The translations under genes and the position numbers were made by a program. Below, piece by piece: positions 31,197 through 41,339 of a stretch of 48,952 bases of DNA. Source of the DNA: a virus; the IMG/VR virus record IMGVR_UViG_3300006217_000086; one strand, given 5' to 3'. Below the pieces are notes generated by a model that saw only the letters and a program-made list of their open reading frames with translations, was not told the origin of the DNA and did no database searches. Each line of letters starts with the position of its first letter. The stretch's first letter is position 1.

Positions 31197-31727
31197 TTAA
31201 ACGCGGTCCGCCTCCCCCAGAATTTCCTCCGCTTCCGCCCTTGTCAGATGCCCTTTTTCCACGGCCACCCACAGCAGAGCGGCCGGCCAGAGCCCCCGGT
31301 CATAGTTCCGCTTCACCCGGGCAAACCCGGGGCTGGCAGAGCCGGCAGCCTGTCCGGAGCGGGCGGAGAGGGCAGAGACCGCCTCCGGTTCCGCCAGCAG
31401 GACCTGCGCCTCCAGCGCGGCCGCAATGCGCTCCTCCGCTCCGGCCTCCTGGGCGGCAGGCGGGCTGTCCTCAAACGCCTCAATGGCCGCCAGGACTTCC
31501 GCGTCGTTCATTACTTCCGTAAGCACGGCGCCAGCCTTCTGATACCGCTCCACCGTGGAGGAGAACTCCAGGGCGCAGCCGCCGTTAATGGGACCGGCCG
31601 TGATGATCATCTTCACCCCCGGCAGCTTGACCCAGGGATACCGGTCCGCCCACTCCGCAGCGGTGAACTGGGCCCCGCTGGGGGTGATGATGGAATCAGT
31701 TCCGTTCCAGATTTGATATCTTGCCAT
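31197..31727 (-). CDS. Hypothetical structural-module protein
   Basis: ORF supported by synteny. Confidence 0.45.
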   Translation of the reverse strand: MARYQIWNGTDSIITPSGAQFTAAEWADRYPWVKLPGVKMIITAGPINGGCALEFSSTVERYQKAGAVLTEVMNDAEVLAAIEAFEDSPPAAQEAGAEERIAAALEAQVLLAEPEAVSALSARSGQAAGSASPGFARVKRNYDRGLWPAALLWVAVEKGHLTRAEAEEILGEADRV

Positions 31728-31773
31728 GGTTCAGTCTCCTTTTTGTACCCGCCAAAGTCAGGCAGGCTGAATT

Positions 31774-32526
31774 TCAAACGACAGGCCCAGCAGTCAGTGC
31801 AGAAGGGGTCACTGCCGCGAGAAAGGCCCCGTTCAGCAAATCGTACAGACCCGCAGTTCCGTCGGGGTTTGTACAAGGAACAAAGTCGTGTGTTAATACA
31901 CCGCTCTCATAGAACTTGCAGGAGTAAAGCTTGGCCTTGATTCCATTTACATTGGAAGCAGAGGAGCCCAGCAGCTTTACGGATGCCGTTGGATAGTACC
32001 CGCCAGGGCTTCCAGCCTTCAGCGTTGCATCCACCCCAAATTTTTTATTTGGGTAGTCAAACGACGCCGTCATCCTTCTCGCGCTGGAATCACTGGTTAT
32101 GGAGGTCGCCGCAACGGTTCCTGTTATCGTGGACATGCTGCCTTTTATCCCGGAAGAGGCCACATAAATGTTTAGCTTTCTTGTGTGACTGGTAGTGCCG
32201 CTTTTCCCCGTAGACTGTGAATAGAACAAATAGGATGTTCCGCTGGATGGCTTTATCAGGGTCTCAATATCCATCACCATTTTCAGCTTGGAGGAGGGCA
32301 CAACCCCAGAATCCAGATAACTGGTTCCATCCGACTGCACATATTCCACCTCGGTATACCCTGCCGGAAGGCGGGACGGCGGGAGGGCCGAATATGTCAA
32401 CCTTGCAATTCCATGGACGCCCACATAGATTTTCGTCGCCTTTCTGGCGGTTCCGCCGGCCCCGATATACGCCGCCTTGACGCCTCTGGCCGTTCCGCTG
32501 ACTCCAACAAACATGCCGTTCCCCAT
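31774..32526 (-). CDS. Hypothetical tail-fibre-module protein
   Basis: ORF supported by synteny. Local GC is visibly lower than in flanking genes. Confidence 0.45.
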   Translation of the reverse strand: MGNGMFVGVSGTARGVKAAYIGAGGTARKATKIYVGVHGIARLTYSALPPSRLPAGYTEVEYVQSDGTSYLDSGVVPSSKLKMVMDIETLIKPSSGTSYLFYSQSTGKSGTTSHTRKLNIYVASSGIKGSMSTITGTVAATSITSDSSARRMTASFDYPNKKFGVDATLKAGSPGGYYPTASVKLLGSSASNVNGIKAKLYSCKFYESGVLTHDFVPCTNPDGTAGLYDLLNGAFLAAVTPSALTAGPVV

Positions 32527-32535
32527 GCTGCCGCC

Positions 32536-33000
32536 TCACTCATAGACCACATACAGCGCCCCCGTTTCCAGTGGGGATGTGCCCGCCGTCAGGTCTGTGG
32601 TGCTGTACAGAATTTTTCCAAAGCCGCTGTCGTTGGTCAACTGGGAGGTGCTTGTGGGGACCACTGTAGACTCTGGAAGCGCCCCCACCATCTCTGCGGT
32701 GTAATCTCCCTCCTGGGGGGAAACCGCGCCCTCCCGCCCGTTGAAGGAGGTGACGCCGCCGGCGGCGCCTCCCGCAGGCGGGTCCTTCCAGGCGGTATCG
32801 TAATCCGCCTCTGAACGTTTGGCGAGAATCTGCCCGGCCCCGCCGCCGGGCGGGACGCCGCTGCCGTCTTTGCCTGCTTCACCCGGGAGTCCTTGGGGGC
32901 CCTGCGCCCCCGGTTCGCCCGGAAGGCCCCGGGGACCCTGGGGACCTCTGGGCCCCGAATAAAATCCGGCAACCTTTTTCCCATCCACATAAATTGCCAT
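32536..33000 (-). CDS. Collagen-like repeat tail fibre protein
   Basis: GPRGPQGPRGLPGEPGAQGPQGLPGEAGKDGSG (G-X-Y x 11). Confidence 0.65.
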   Translation of the reverse strand: MAIYVDGKKVAGFYSGPRGPQGPRGLPGEPGAQGPQGLPGEAGKDGSGVPPGGGAGQILAKRSEADYDTAWKDPPAGGAAGGVTSFNGREGAVSPQEGDYTAEMVGALPESTVVPTSTSQLTNDSGFGKILYSTTDLTAGTSPLETGALYVVYE

Positions 33001-33010
33001 TGCTCACCTC

Positions 33011-35380
33011 TCAGATATATTGATAGACATCCACAAAATCGCCATAGCGTCCAGTTCCTCCGCCAAACAAGGCATAGTCCCCAACGGACGCGGCGTTCAG
33101 ATGTCTTCTTGGGGTGCCAAGCCCTCGCAGCGGCATATGCACCAGGTAGGGGTCATAATAATCCGCAACATTTCGAGTTTCGCCATCTTCCACAAAGCTG
33201 CCGCCGGCAAAAACAGCAATCCCGGAAATCGTGGTTCCTGCTGGAAAGTATTTTCCGGCACTCAGAACCGGGGGAAGGGTTCTGGTGAGAAACAGGTCAT
33301 AGGCCTCCACAATCGTCATATTACCATCACTGCTTTCTCCGCCGGCAAAAACCACATAGTTCCCTGCCCGGGCTGCGGCCAGACCTTTTCGCGCTGCACT
33401 CAGCCGCGCCGGAACGGAGCGCGTCAAAGTGGAGCTGTACGCAACGACCAAATCGGACTTTCCGCTGGCGGTTTCTCCGCCGGCAAAGATTGCATAGCTG
33501 TCATTGGACGCGGCGGCCAGCGCGCTCACTGCCGCCCCCAGCGCGGCTGGCGTTGTTTTGGTTAAAGCCTCATCATAGGTATCCGCGTCGCTCAGATAGC
33601 GGATATTGGAACCATGCCCCGCAGCACCGCCAGCAAAAACAGCATAGCGCCCCGCTGCCGCACCAGCCAGGCCGTATTTTGCTGTGTTCAGATTTTCCGC
33701 CATAGATTTTGTCAGTGACGCATCATAACAGTCTGCCAGATTTGCATCCGTGTAAGTAGTCCCTTTACTACTCGTATAAACGCATTGACCACCTGCAAAA
33801 ATAGAATAATTTCCGGCACGCGCAGCGGCTAAGTTGCCTCTTCCATTGCCGTTTGTTCCCATTGGTGATAACAGATAGGGCGCTTTCAATTTGGTAAGAT
33901 TTTTGTCATAGGCGTACGCCTCACCGGCTGAATAGAAATGTCCATCTTCTATTCCCCCGCCGAACAGAGCATGATTCACAGCAGACACGGCGGCCGGTTT
34001 TGAAACAGCCTCGTCAAACGCCTCCGCCTCACCGAAATAAACAATGTGCACCTCCGCCGTCAGCTTCGCGCTGTAATGAGAGGTCACCGTCACATGCACC
34101 GTATTGTACTGGGCCACGCCCCGGACGGCGGTGACGGCCCAGGTGCCCTCCGACGGCAGCTCCAGAACCACCGTCCCGGTGGTGGACAGCGCGGACACCT
34201 CCGTGTCCCCGTTTTTGGCGGTGACCACCGCGCCCACATCTACCGTCACCGTCAGGGTGGCCAGGAAGGAGCTTTCCATGGCCCCGGTGACGCCAAAGAG
34301 CCGGACTCCCTTCCGGATGTTTCCGGAGACCAGCCCCGGGTCCCCCTTGATGGTCTGGGTGCCGGCCAGATACTGGCCGTTGGCGATGGTCTTGTCCGCC
34401 GTCCCGGGCAGAATGGTCTGGGCGGCCAGAGACGGAATCTGCCCCTCCATCTTTCCGGCGGCTCCATAGGCGGTCTTGGGCGCCAGAAGGTCTCCGGGCC
34501 TGGCGGTGGCGTCCACGGTGTCGGAGCCCGTGGAAATCTGCCGGATGTTCTCCGCCATCTGGGCGAAGCCCGCGTCCTGTGCGGTGTCCACTCCCTTGTC
34601 AGTGATGGCGGACGCGAGCAACGATTTCCCATCACTGACAGAGGATTTTAGGTCTTCCAGTGCCTCCTGCACCGTCCCGTCCCCGTAAAGGATGTCATCC
34701 GCAGTGAGAGGGGCTTCCTCCTCCGCGGTCATCTCCACCGTGTGGGGCCCGCCGCCCAGCGCCTCCGCAAAGGCCAGGGAGGCCCCACCCTCCGCGGTAA
34801 CCACGTTCTCCGGCACAAGGCCGCCGCCTCCGCCGGAGAGGGTGCCGTTATCCTTCCACGCCAGGTCCACGCCGTCAAACACATAGATGGGATACGGAGG
34901 CTTTGTGCCTATGCCATAGGCGTCTCCCGGCTGGGGGTTTGGCTGTGCCGTCTCCAAATCCGCCAGCGTGTCATAGTAGCCCAGAATCTTCAGGCCAGTG
35001 CCAGGGTCTCCCTTGGCGCCCCGGGGACCGGCGGGGCCCTCCGGCCCCTGTGCCCCGACTTCTCCCCGGGGAAGGCCAAAGGTCAGGTGAAAAACACCGT
35101 TCCGCACGGTCTTCGCAACCGAGGCGCTCTGCCCCGCAGGGAGGGTTTTCCCCTCCACCGTCAGGTCTGTCACCGCCTTTACCGCGCTGGAGGCTTTGCC
35201 TGCCGCCGCCTGGGCCGCGTCCACATAGTCCTGAAACTCCTGCACAATCCCCTGCTTGCCGAACTCCTTGAACTGCGCTCCGGTCATCTTCATGGCCGTG
35301 CCCTGCTGCTCCACAATCATCAGAGAATCGTCGTTCAGCTGGGGAACCTGCGGCAGCGCCCCAATGTGCTTATCTGCCAT
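33011..35380 (-). CDS. Large tail fibre / receptor-binding protein: short collagen-like segment plus a C-terminal Kelch-like beta-propeller
   Basis: GEVGAQGPEGPAGPRGAKGDPGTG. Six repeats of the type ...AA(A/S)..(N/D)YxxFAGG... Confidence 0.65.
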   Translation of the reverse strand: MADKHIGALPQVPQLNDDSLMIVEQQGTAMKMTGAQFKEFGKQGIVQEFQDYVDAAQAAAGKASSAVKAVTDLTVEGKTLPAGQSASVAKTVRNGVFHLTFGLPRGEVGAQGPEGPAGPRGAKGDPGTGLKILGYYDTLADLETAQPNPQPGDAYGIGTKPPYPIYVFDGVDLAWKDNGTLSGGGGGLVPENVVTAEGGASLAFAEALGGGPHTVEMTAEEEAPLTADDILYGDGTVQEALEDLKSSVSDGKSLLASAITDKGVDTAQDAGFAQMAENIRQISTGSDTVDATARPGDLLAPKTAYGAAGKMEGQIPSLAAQTILPGTADKTIANGQYLAGTQTIKGDPGLVSGNIRKGVRLFGVTGAMESSFLATLTVTVDVGAVVTAKNGDTEVSALSTTGTVVLELPSEGTWAVTAVRGVAQYNTVHVTVTSHYSAKLTAEVHIVYFGEAEAFDEAVSKPAAVSAVNHALFGGGIEDGHFYSAGEAYAYDKNLTKLKAPYLLSPMGTNGNGRGNLAAARAGNYSIFAGGQCVYTSSKGTTYTDANLADCYDASLTKSMAENLNTAKYGLAGAAAGRYAVFAGGAAGHGSNIRYLSDADTYDEALTKTTPAALGAAVSALAAASNDSYAIFAGGETASGKSDLVVAYSSTLTRSVPARLSAARKGLAAARAGNYVVFAGGESSDGNMTIVEAYDLFLTRTLPPVLSAGKYFPAGTTISGIAVFAGGSFVEDGETRNVADYYDPYLVHMPLRGLGTPRRHLNAASVGDYALFGGGTGRYGDFVDVYQYI

Positions 35381-35383
35381 CGC

Positions 35384-35956
35384 TTAACCTCCTTCCAGTG
35401 CCTGGACCCGGCTGTCCAGCTCCGTGACCTTGTTTGAAATGTCCGAAAGGGTGTTTTCCATGGTTCCCATTCGGGCTTTGATGCTGTTCAGCTCAATCTG
35501 CATTTCGCCCAGCGCCTTGGTGAGGAACGCCCGCAGGCTGTCCACGCCGCTGTCCAGCTCCCGCTGTGCGGTGCTGCGGTAGGGATACTCCTCCTCCAGC
35601 TCCTCCTCCCCGGGGGCGGAGAGGTCCGGAAAGCCGTCCCCATGGTCTTCCACGCTGGAGATCACGGAGTACAGCCCGCTGGCCTCCACGCCGTCCCCCA
35701 GCTCCGCGGAGGGGTCAATGCCAGCGCCGGCGGCGGAGAATGCCTGATACCGGAACCCCCGCACCGCGGCAAGAAGGGCCGCGGCCATCTCGTGGGTGGC
35801 GTAGGGATTGACGGCATAGAGGTCCAGCCCGGTGTATTCCCCGGCGGAAACCACCGTGTCCCGGTCCACCTGGAAGGTGACGCTGGTGATGCCTGTCCGC
35901 TTTCCGTTGTTCCGGCAGTCCGTCAGCGCCAGGCCCACATAGAATTTCTCAGACAA
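35384..35956 (-). CDS. Tail-tip-associated protein with a C-terminal coiled coil (start uncertain: TTG at 35956 or upstream)
   Basis: Overlaps the stop of the preceding gene. ...MQIELNSIKARMGTMENTLSDISNKVTELDSRVQALE. Confidence 0.45.
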   Translation of the reverse strand: MSEKFYVGLALTDCRNNGKRTGITSVTFQVDRDTVVSAGEYTGLDLYAVNPYATHEMAAALLAAVRGFRYQAFSAAGAGIDPSAELGDGVEASGLYSVISSVEDHGDGFPDLSAPGEEELEEEYPYRSTAQRELDSGVDSLRAFLTKALGEMQIELNSIKARMGTMENTLSDISNKVTELDSRVQALEGG

Positions 35957-36626
35957 GGACCCGCACCTCCCCAAACACAACGGCCTCCCCGTGCTCCGTC
36001 ACCAAATGGTTCGTCTCCGCCGGAAAGGACAGCAGCGGCACCAGCCGGAGCTTTCCGGCGTCGCTGATGCACCAGTTGCCTCCATGGGCGGCGGCGATGT
36101 CCCGCAGCGCGTCCCGCCGGAAATACTCCCCCTCCGGATATGCGTTCATGACATAGGGCCGGTAGACATTCCGCTCGTCCAGCTCCACGTCCATGGAAGC
36201 CGCGATATCCCGGACCGCCTCCTCCATGGTGCAGGGGAAGGCAAACCCGGGGCGGGGCGTCCAGGTGATGTCCGCCTTCAGCATGGCGTCATAGGCCTCA
36301 ATCTCCCATTGCCCGTCCTCCACGGTGCGGCGGTTGGTATAAAACACGCCCTTTGGCAGCCACTCGGAGACCTGCGCCCCATTCCGCAGGCGCACAAAGC
36401 GCCGGATGACCGCGCCCCGGGGGATCTCCGCGGCATACAGCATCAGCGTCAGCGTGGCGGACATGGCGTTTCCGATGCCAAAGTTCTCAAAGAGGCTGCC
36501 GCTGACACGGTGCTGAATTTCCGCCTCCGCCCCATACCATACGCCGCCGACGGAAAAGGCGTATTCCGCCCGGGTGTTCCGGTCCCGCGCCAGGGTCTTC
36601 CAAAGTGCGCTGGTCTGCTGTGCCAT
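35949..36626 (-). CDS. Tal-like (prophage tail endopeptidase-type N-terminal domain) protein
   Basis: GGAGGTG SD followed by ATG at 36626. Positioned after the Dit-like gene. Confidence 0.5.
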   Translation of the reverse strand: MAQQTSALWKTLARDRNTRAEYAFSVGGVWYGAEAEIQHRVSGSLFENFGIGNAMSATLTLMLYAAEIPRGAVIRRFVRLRNGAQVSEWLPKGVFYTNRRTVEDGQWEIEAYDAMLKADITWTPRPGFAFPCTMEEAVRDIAASMDVELDERNVYRPYVMNAYPEGEYFRRDALRDIAAAHGGNWCISDAGKLRLVPLLSFPAETNHLVTEHGEAVVFGEVRVLV

Positions 36627-36627
36627 G

Positions 36628-36990
36628 CTACACCTCCGTGATGGTAAAGGCGTCGGAGCCCCAGGCGCCGCCGTCATCCCGCCGGGTTGTGGTCAGGCGG
36701 GCGGAAAAGGAGGAGCAGTAGAACTCCTTGGTCATGGGCCCGTGGAGATCCAGATAAGTGGCGCGGAAGGTCGCCTGGCTCAAATCCTCGTCCAGCCGGG
36801 CCAGCTGCGCCCGGGTCATGCCCATCAGCTCATAGGTAATCTTTCGCTTCTCGGCAATCTTGTCCCGGCGCAGGCGCCCGTCCTTGGTCCGGGTGGCTTT
36901 GCTGCTGTCCAAATCGTTCCGACTCCAGCCATAGCCGGTGTTTTTGACGTATTGGGAATAGTCGTGGCCGTTGATTACCAAAAGCTCCAT
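36628..36990 (-). CDS. Distal tail (Dit-like) small protein
   Basis: MELLVINGHDYSQYVKNTGYGWSRNDLDS.... Lies directly after the tape measure gene. Ends in TAG. Confidence 0.5.
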   Translation of the reverse strand: MELLVINGHDYSQYVKNTGYGWSRNDLDSSKATRTKDGRLRRDKIAEKRKITYELMGMTRAQLARLDEDLSQATFRATYLDLHGPMTKEFYCSSFSARLTTTRRDDGGAWGSDAFTITEV

Positions 36991-37002
36991 TTTCTCACCT
37001 CG

Positions 37003-40000
37003 TCATGTCAGCAGCACCGGCTTCCCGTTGGAGCGGGTCATGGCGTTGATGTGGCGCACGGTGTTTTTGGCAATCATCTTTCCATCCAGCACGCTTTCGA
37101 CTGTGACATGGATTTCTCCGCCCATACCGCCGGCCGCCTGGATGCCCTCCATAACCATCTGCTTTATCAGCGCCGCCGGAGCCTCCAGATTCATTCCGCT
37201 GCGCTGGTCGCCCAGGATGGCGGCAAACTGCTGGTTGGGCGGGATGACCGCGCCGTTGGCCAGACGGGGAAGCCTGACTGGAGAAACCGTCTGGATGTGG
37301 AAGCCAAAGGACCGCCCGCCCACGCCCGGCACCCAGTCCGGAACATCAAAGCGAATTTTGTTCAGCTGACTAATCAGCCAGTTCACAGCCTTAATCACGC
37401 TGTTCACCATGCCCTCTGCCGCGCCAATCATGCCGTTGACGGCATTTTTCACGGTGCCGACGGTCGCTTCAAAGGCACTCCCCAGAGGGCTTGTCACATG
37501 GTCCTCAAACCAACTGGAAGCAGATGCCCAGGAATTTTGAATGTCTGCCCAGGTTTCGCTGGCGCCGGTCCTAATGCTCTCCCAAAGGTTTGAAAACAGC
37601 TCGGTAATGGGAGACAAATTCCCATTCAGTCCATTGTGCAGTCCGGACATCAGGAAACCGCCAAACTCCTCAAACACTTTCGAGGGAGAGTGAATCCCAA
37701 AAAGGTCCTTGAACCAATCACCGATTTGGCTGAAAATCCCTTTCGTTTCCTCCTCGCTCACGCCCTCTTCCATCCCCTGCTCCAGGCCCTCGCCAATGTT
37801 CCGGCCGTATCCCGGCATATCGGCGGAAACGCCCTCGATGGTCTGCCGCACGCTGGACATGCGGCTTTCCAGCGTCACGCCAACATTGGCCTCCGGCTCG
37901 GAAAGGCCGGTGAGAGAACCGGCGTACGTGTCGATGGCCCCGCTCAGCTGGTCATAGGCGGTTATCGCATCGCTGCGAGCCTCGTTCGCCGCTTCCAGCG
38001 CCTCGGTCTGTTTCTCCTGCTGTTCCGTTAAAGCCACATGCTTTTCAATGTCCCACCAGGGCGTACTGGCCAGCTGTTCCTCGGTGTCTTTCAGTGCTTG
38101 TTCCGCGGCATTGATATTTTTGACCGCCTGCTCCGCGTCGGAAACCGCCTGATACCGGTCTTTGTATGCCTGCACCAAAAGCTCCTGCAGGGCGGCGGCC
38201 TCCGCCTCCTTTTGGAGAGACGCAATCAGCCGGTCCGTCGCTTCCTTGGTTTCCACAATGCGGCCCGTTGTTTCGTCAATGGTCAAGTGCAGTCCCTCAA
38301 GGCCCATGCTGTTCAGAAGCGTAACCTTCGTGGCCATAAGCTCCAGTTCATCCGCGGAGGCTTTGGCATTTTCATTGATTGCAAAGATTTCTTCCACCAG
38401 AGACTGCGCTGCGCCGATATCGGAAAAGGAGTGATTCAGATTTCGGATATTCTCCTCCAAGGTCTGCATTGCCGCAGAGGACCGGCCGGAGGAATCCTCG
38501 CATTCCTCCAAAATATTTGACATCACCCGGAAATCCTCCGACGCCTCATAGGCGGCCTTCCCGCCGCCAAGGAGCACGGCTGTCAAGGTCCCCACTACCG
38601 CGGCGATCCCCGCGACGACTCCCGCCACTAGGGCCGGGGCCCCCAGAATCACCGCGCCGACGCCTGCAAGCGCAACCCCCAGCAGCATCAGCGCCTCATT
38701 GGCCAGGCTGAATCCGTTCTGCAACATGGAGAAGAAGTTGGTAAACGCCAGTGCCGCGCCGCCCACAATCCCTCCAATCCCCACCAACGTGGAACCCGGC
38801 CCAAACACTGCGTTTATGGCTCCGGGGAGGTCGGCCATCTGGTACTTCAGCAGCACAGAGATGTCCTTGATCTTTTTGAAAAACGAGACGAATGCCGTGG
38901 CGACGGCGGCGATGTTCGGCACAACCTCCGCCGCGAATTTCACACCCAGCACCCCGGCAAGCACTGAAACCGCCGCCAAAAGTCCCGGGCTCCCCTCTCG
39001 GATGACCCCTTCCAGAAAATCGAAGCCGGCCGCGACCGCCGCTTGGACCGCCGCCCAAACCGAGGCGAGGATGCCGCCCCAGTCGACGCCGCTCAGAAAC
39101 GCCGCAATCTGCGCTCCAATTTCCCCCCACTGGATGCGGGCAATGGTGGCTTTCATCTCATCGAAGAATCCCATAATGAGATTGCTGGCTGCCTGGGCCA
39201 GAGCGGGCATGTCCAGCCCGGTGAAAAATCCGGCAAAGGTCTCCAGGCTTATTTCGAACTGGGCCCAAAGCAGCCGCCCGAAGTCGTACCAGTCCACCTC
39301 ATAGACCAGGCCGTTGACAAGGTCCGCCAACCCCCTGCCCAGACTTCCCCAGCCGAAGGTGTACAGAAACTCCGTCAGGAACTGGAGTCCCAGGTTCAGC
39401 CCCGCACCCAGGCTGCGGCCCCAGAGCTGCCAGTCAACGGCGCTTACCAGGGCGTTGAACGCCCCAGCCAGGTCCCGGCCAAGCTGCTCCACCCGCTCCA
39501 GTACGCCGTCGAATTGGAACGCGTCATAGAGGGTCTGGTTGAAGCCGTTGAAACTGGAGGCGAACTCCAAAAACGCCTCTTTCAGCCGCGGGATTCCCGC
39601 CAGCATCTCGTCCAGGGTGTCCCGGAAAATCTCTCCCAGGGTCCGGAAGGCTTCCCCCACCTCCAAAATCGCCCCGCCGTCCGTGTCCAGCTCCGGCACA
39701 GCGGCGTCGATGCCGCCGGCGCCGATGCCGCCCGCCGCGCCGTCCACGCTGCCGGCAGCCTGGTCCGCCAGGATGTTCAGCTCGTCGAAGCCGGCCAGCA
39801 CGCCCTTCATATCCTTAGCGGCCTTTTTGGAGGCATCCCCGGCGCCGGCGGTGGCGTCCGCCAGCTTGTCCGTGGCGTCTGCCGCGGCCTGGCCGCTGGA
39901 GGCGATGTCCTCGTTGGCAGAGACCTGGCCCATGTTTCCAATGTTTGGCTTCCCGAACAGCAGCGCCGTCACCTGGGCAAACACCTTTGCCAGCTTCAAA

Positions 40001-40785
40001 AGCGCGGAGATGATGGCGTTGACGCCGGGAAGAACCGCCTGGACAATGGGCATCAGGGCATTGCCCACCTGCACCTTCAGCTGCTGGAACTGAAAGGCCA
40101 GCATGGCCACCTGGCCAGAGTAGGTGCTGACCAGCTTCGCCGCGTCGCCGGTTTGGAACCGGGTTTCCTGGAGGATGCCGTTGACCTCGGCCTCAATTTT
40201 CTGCGCCTGGGTCAGACGGTTGGCTGTGGTCCCGATGCTTTTGGCGTAGTCGTCCCACATCTTCGCCACATTCTTCGTCACACCGGCGTTGTCCACCAGG
40301 ATGCTGTTCTCGTTTTTCAGGCCTTCCGTTGCGGTTTGAATCGCCTCGCCAAGCGAATAGCTGGACTGCCGCCCAAAGGCCGCACTGTCCTTCAGTGCAA
40401 GCATGAGCTGTCGGATTTGAGTATCGTCATATCCCCGCGCCGCCAGATTCTTATAGGCGGTTACAGCGTTTTCCAGCGGCACCAGACCGTCGGAGATGTA
40501 TTCTTCAATAAAGGATTTGGCCTTGCCAAAACTCCGTCCCTGGCCTTCCACGATGCTCTGAAGGCCCAGCCACGCATTGCTCAAATTCGACGCTGCCCGG
40601 ACGCTCTCCCGGCCGAAATTGACAATCGCCGCGGCGCCGAAGGCCAGGCCCACCGCCCCTGCCAGCTTCATCAGCGTGCTCTGCAGGGCCTTGGCCGAAT
40701 TGCTCATGGAGCGGATGCCCCGGTCAAAGGGGCTGTGGTTCAGCAGAGCCTTAATTCGAATGGAGCCGTCATAGCCGCCCATCAT
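37003..40785 (-). CDS. Tape measure protein (1260 aa)
   Basis: Size, Ala/Gly-rich helical and TM segments, and position after the chaperone genes. Confidence 0.9.
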   Translation of the reverse strand: MMGGYDGSIRIKALLNHSPFDRGIRSMSNSAKALQSTLMKLAGAVGLAFGAAAIVNFGRESVRAASNLSNAWLGLQSIVEGQGRSFGKAKSFIEEYISDGLVPLENAVTAYKNLAARGYDDTQIRQLMLALKDSAAFGRQSSYSLGEAIQTATEGLKNENSILVDNAGVTKNVAKMWDDYAKSIGTTANRLTQAQKIEAEVNGILQETRFQTGDAAKLVSTYSGQVAMLAFQFQQLKVQVGNALMPIVQAVLPGVNAIISALLKLAKVFAQVTALLFGKPNIGNMGQVSANEDIASSGQAAADATDKLADATAGAGDASKKAAKDMKGVLAGFDELNILADQAAGSVDGAAGGIGAGGIDAAVPELDTDGGAILEVGEAFRTLGEIFRDTLDEMLAGIPRLKEAFLEFASSFNGFNQTLYDAFQFDGVLERVEQLGRDLAGAFNALVSAVDWQLWGRSLGAGLNLGLQFLTEFLYTFGWGSLGRGLADLVNGLVYEVDWYDFGRLLWAQFEISLETFAGFFTGLDMPALAQAASNLIMGFFDEMKATIARIQWGEIGAQIAAFLSGVDWGGILASVWAAVQAAVAAGFDFLEGVIREGSPGLLAAVSVLAGVLGVKFAAEVVPNIAAVATAFVSFFKKIKDISVLLKYQMADLPGAINAVFGPGSTLVGIGGIVGGAALAFTNFFSMLQNGFSLANEALMLLGVALAGVGAVILGAPALVAGVVAGIAAVVGTLTAVLLGGGKAAYEASEDFRVMSNILEECEDSSGRSSAAMQTLEENIRNLNHSFSDIGAAQSLVEEIFAINENAKASADELELMATKVTLLNSMGLEGLHLTIDETTGRIVETKEATDRLIASLQKEAEAAALQELLVQAYKDRYQAVSDAEQAVKNINAAEQALKDTEEQLASTPWWDIEKHVALTEQQEKQTEALEAANEARSDAITAYDQLSGAIDTYAGSLTGLSEPEANVGVTLESRMSSVRQTIEGVSADMPGYGRNIGEGLEQGMEEGVSEEETKGIFSQIGDWFKDLFGIHSPSKVFEEFGGFLMSGLHNGLNGNLSPITELFSNLWESIRTGASETWADIQNSWASASSWFEDHVTSPLGSAFEATVGTVKNAVNGMIGAAEGMVNSVIKAVNWLISQLNKIRFDVPDWVPGVGGRSFGFHIQTVSPVRLPRLANGAVIPPNQQFAAILGDQRSGMNLEAPAALIKQMVMEGIQAAGGMGGEIHVTVESVLDGKMIAKNTVRHINAMTRSNGKPVLLT

Positions 40786-41035
40786 GAGATCCCTCCTTTC
40801 ACTGCGATTTGCAGATAAAAAGTTCCCGCCGTCTCAACCTCATAAAGACAGCAGGAACTTTGATTTTATTCGATTGTCACCCCCCCGGCTCCGGGGCCTT
40901 AAAGAGGCTCAGCTGTCCTGAAATCTGAGTGGAGAAGGCCTTCACCCAGAGGCGGGCTATAATCAGATTTAGCCTCGCCTCCGGGTGAGGGTGTATAAGG
41001 CAATCGGGTATAGCTTTCCACGGCCCCCGGTTGTC

Positions 41036-41215
41036 TTATCTTTTTATATCGTCCTCCAACTTTTCAATCCCACGTCTTACGGCTTCTGCCCTGCTGACCG
41101 TTTCCTGCTCAGTATATTCCTCAAGTATTTTTTCACTTTTGGAATCGAGGCGGATATGGATAGATTGCCCTTTGGGGTTGTCTGTTGGACGGCCTGTCCG
41201 TGGAGACACATTCAT
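41036..41215 (-). CDS. RHH (CopG/Arc-like) regulator or antitoxin-like protein
   Basis: PRTGRPTDNPKGQSIHIRLDSKSEKILEEYTEQETVSRAEAVRRGIEKL. AT-rich context. The start may be the GTG two codons downstream. Confidence 0.65.
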   Translation of the reverse strand: MNVSPRTGRPTDNPKGQSIHIRLDSKSEKILEEYTEQETVSRAEAVRRGIEKLEDDIKR

Positions 41216-41222
41216 CACCTCA

Positions 41223-41265
41223 CTTTTGTGGCCCAATAATATATTATACTTGCGGGCCACAAAAG
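41223..41265. promoter_or_regulatory. Perfect 12-bp inverted repeat cttttgtggccc / gggccacaaaag around an AT-rich (tatact) core, in the divergent intergenic region
   Basis: Read directly from the sequence. Likely operator or divergent promoter. Confidence 0.6.
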
Positions 41266-41339
41266 CCAAGGCCTTTTTGAAGAAAAATATGGACAGACTG
41301 TGAAGAATATGGTACATTGTCGAAAAGGAGGGGGATTCT

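Noticed and set aside
29054-35380. Diversity-generating retroelement acting on the fibre genes
   Set aside because: No reverse transcriptase ORF was found anywhere in the genome. By eye I found no template/variable repeat pair with adenine-specific differences.
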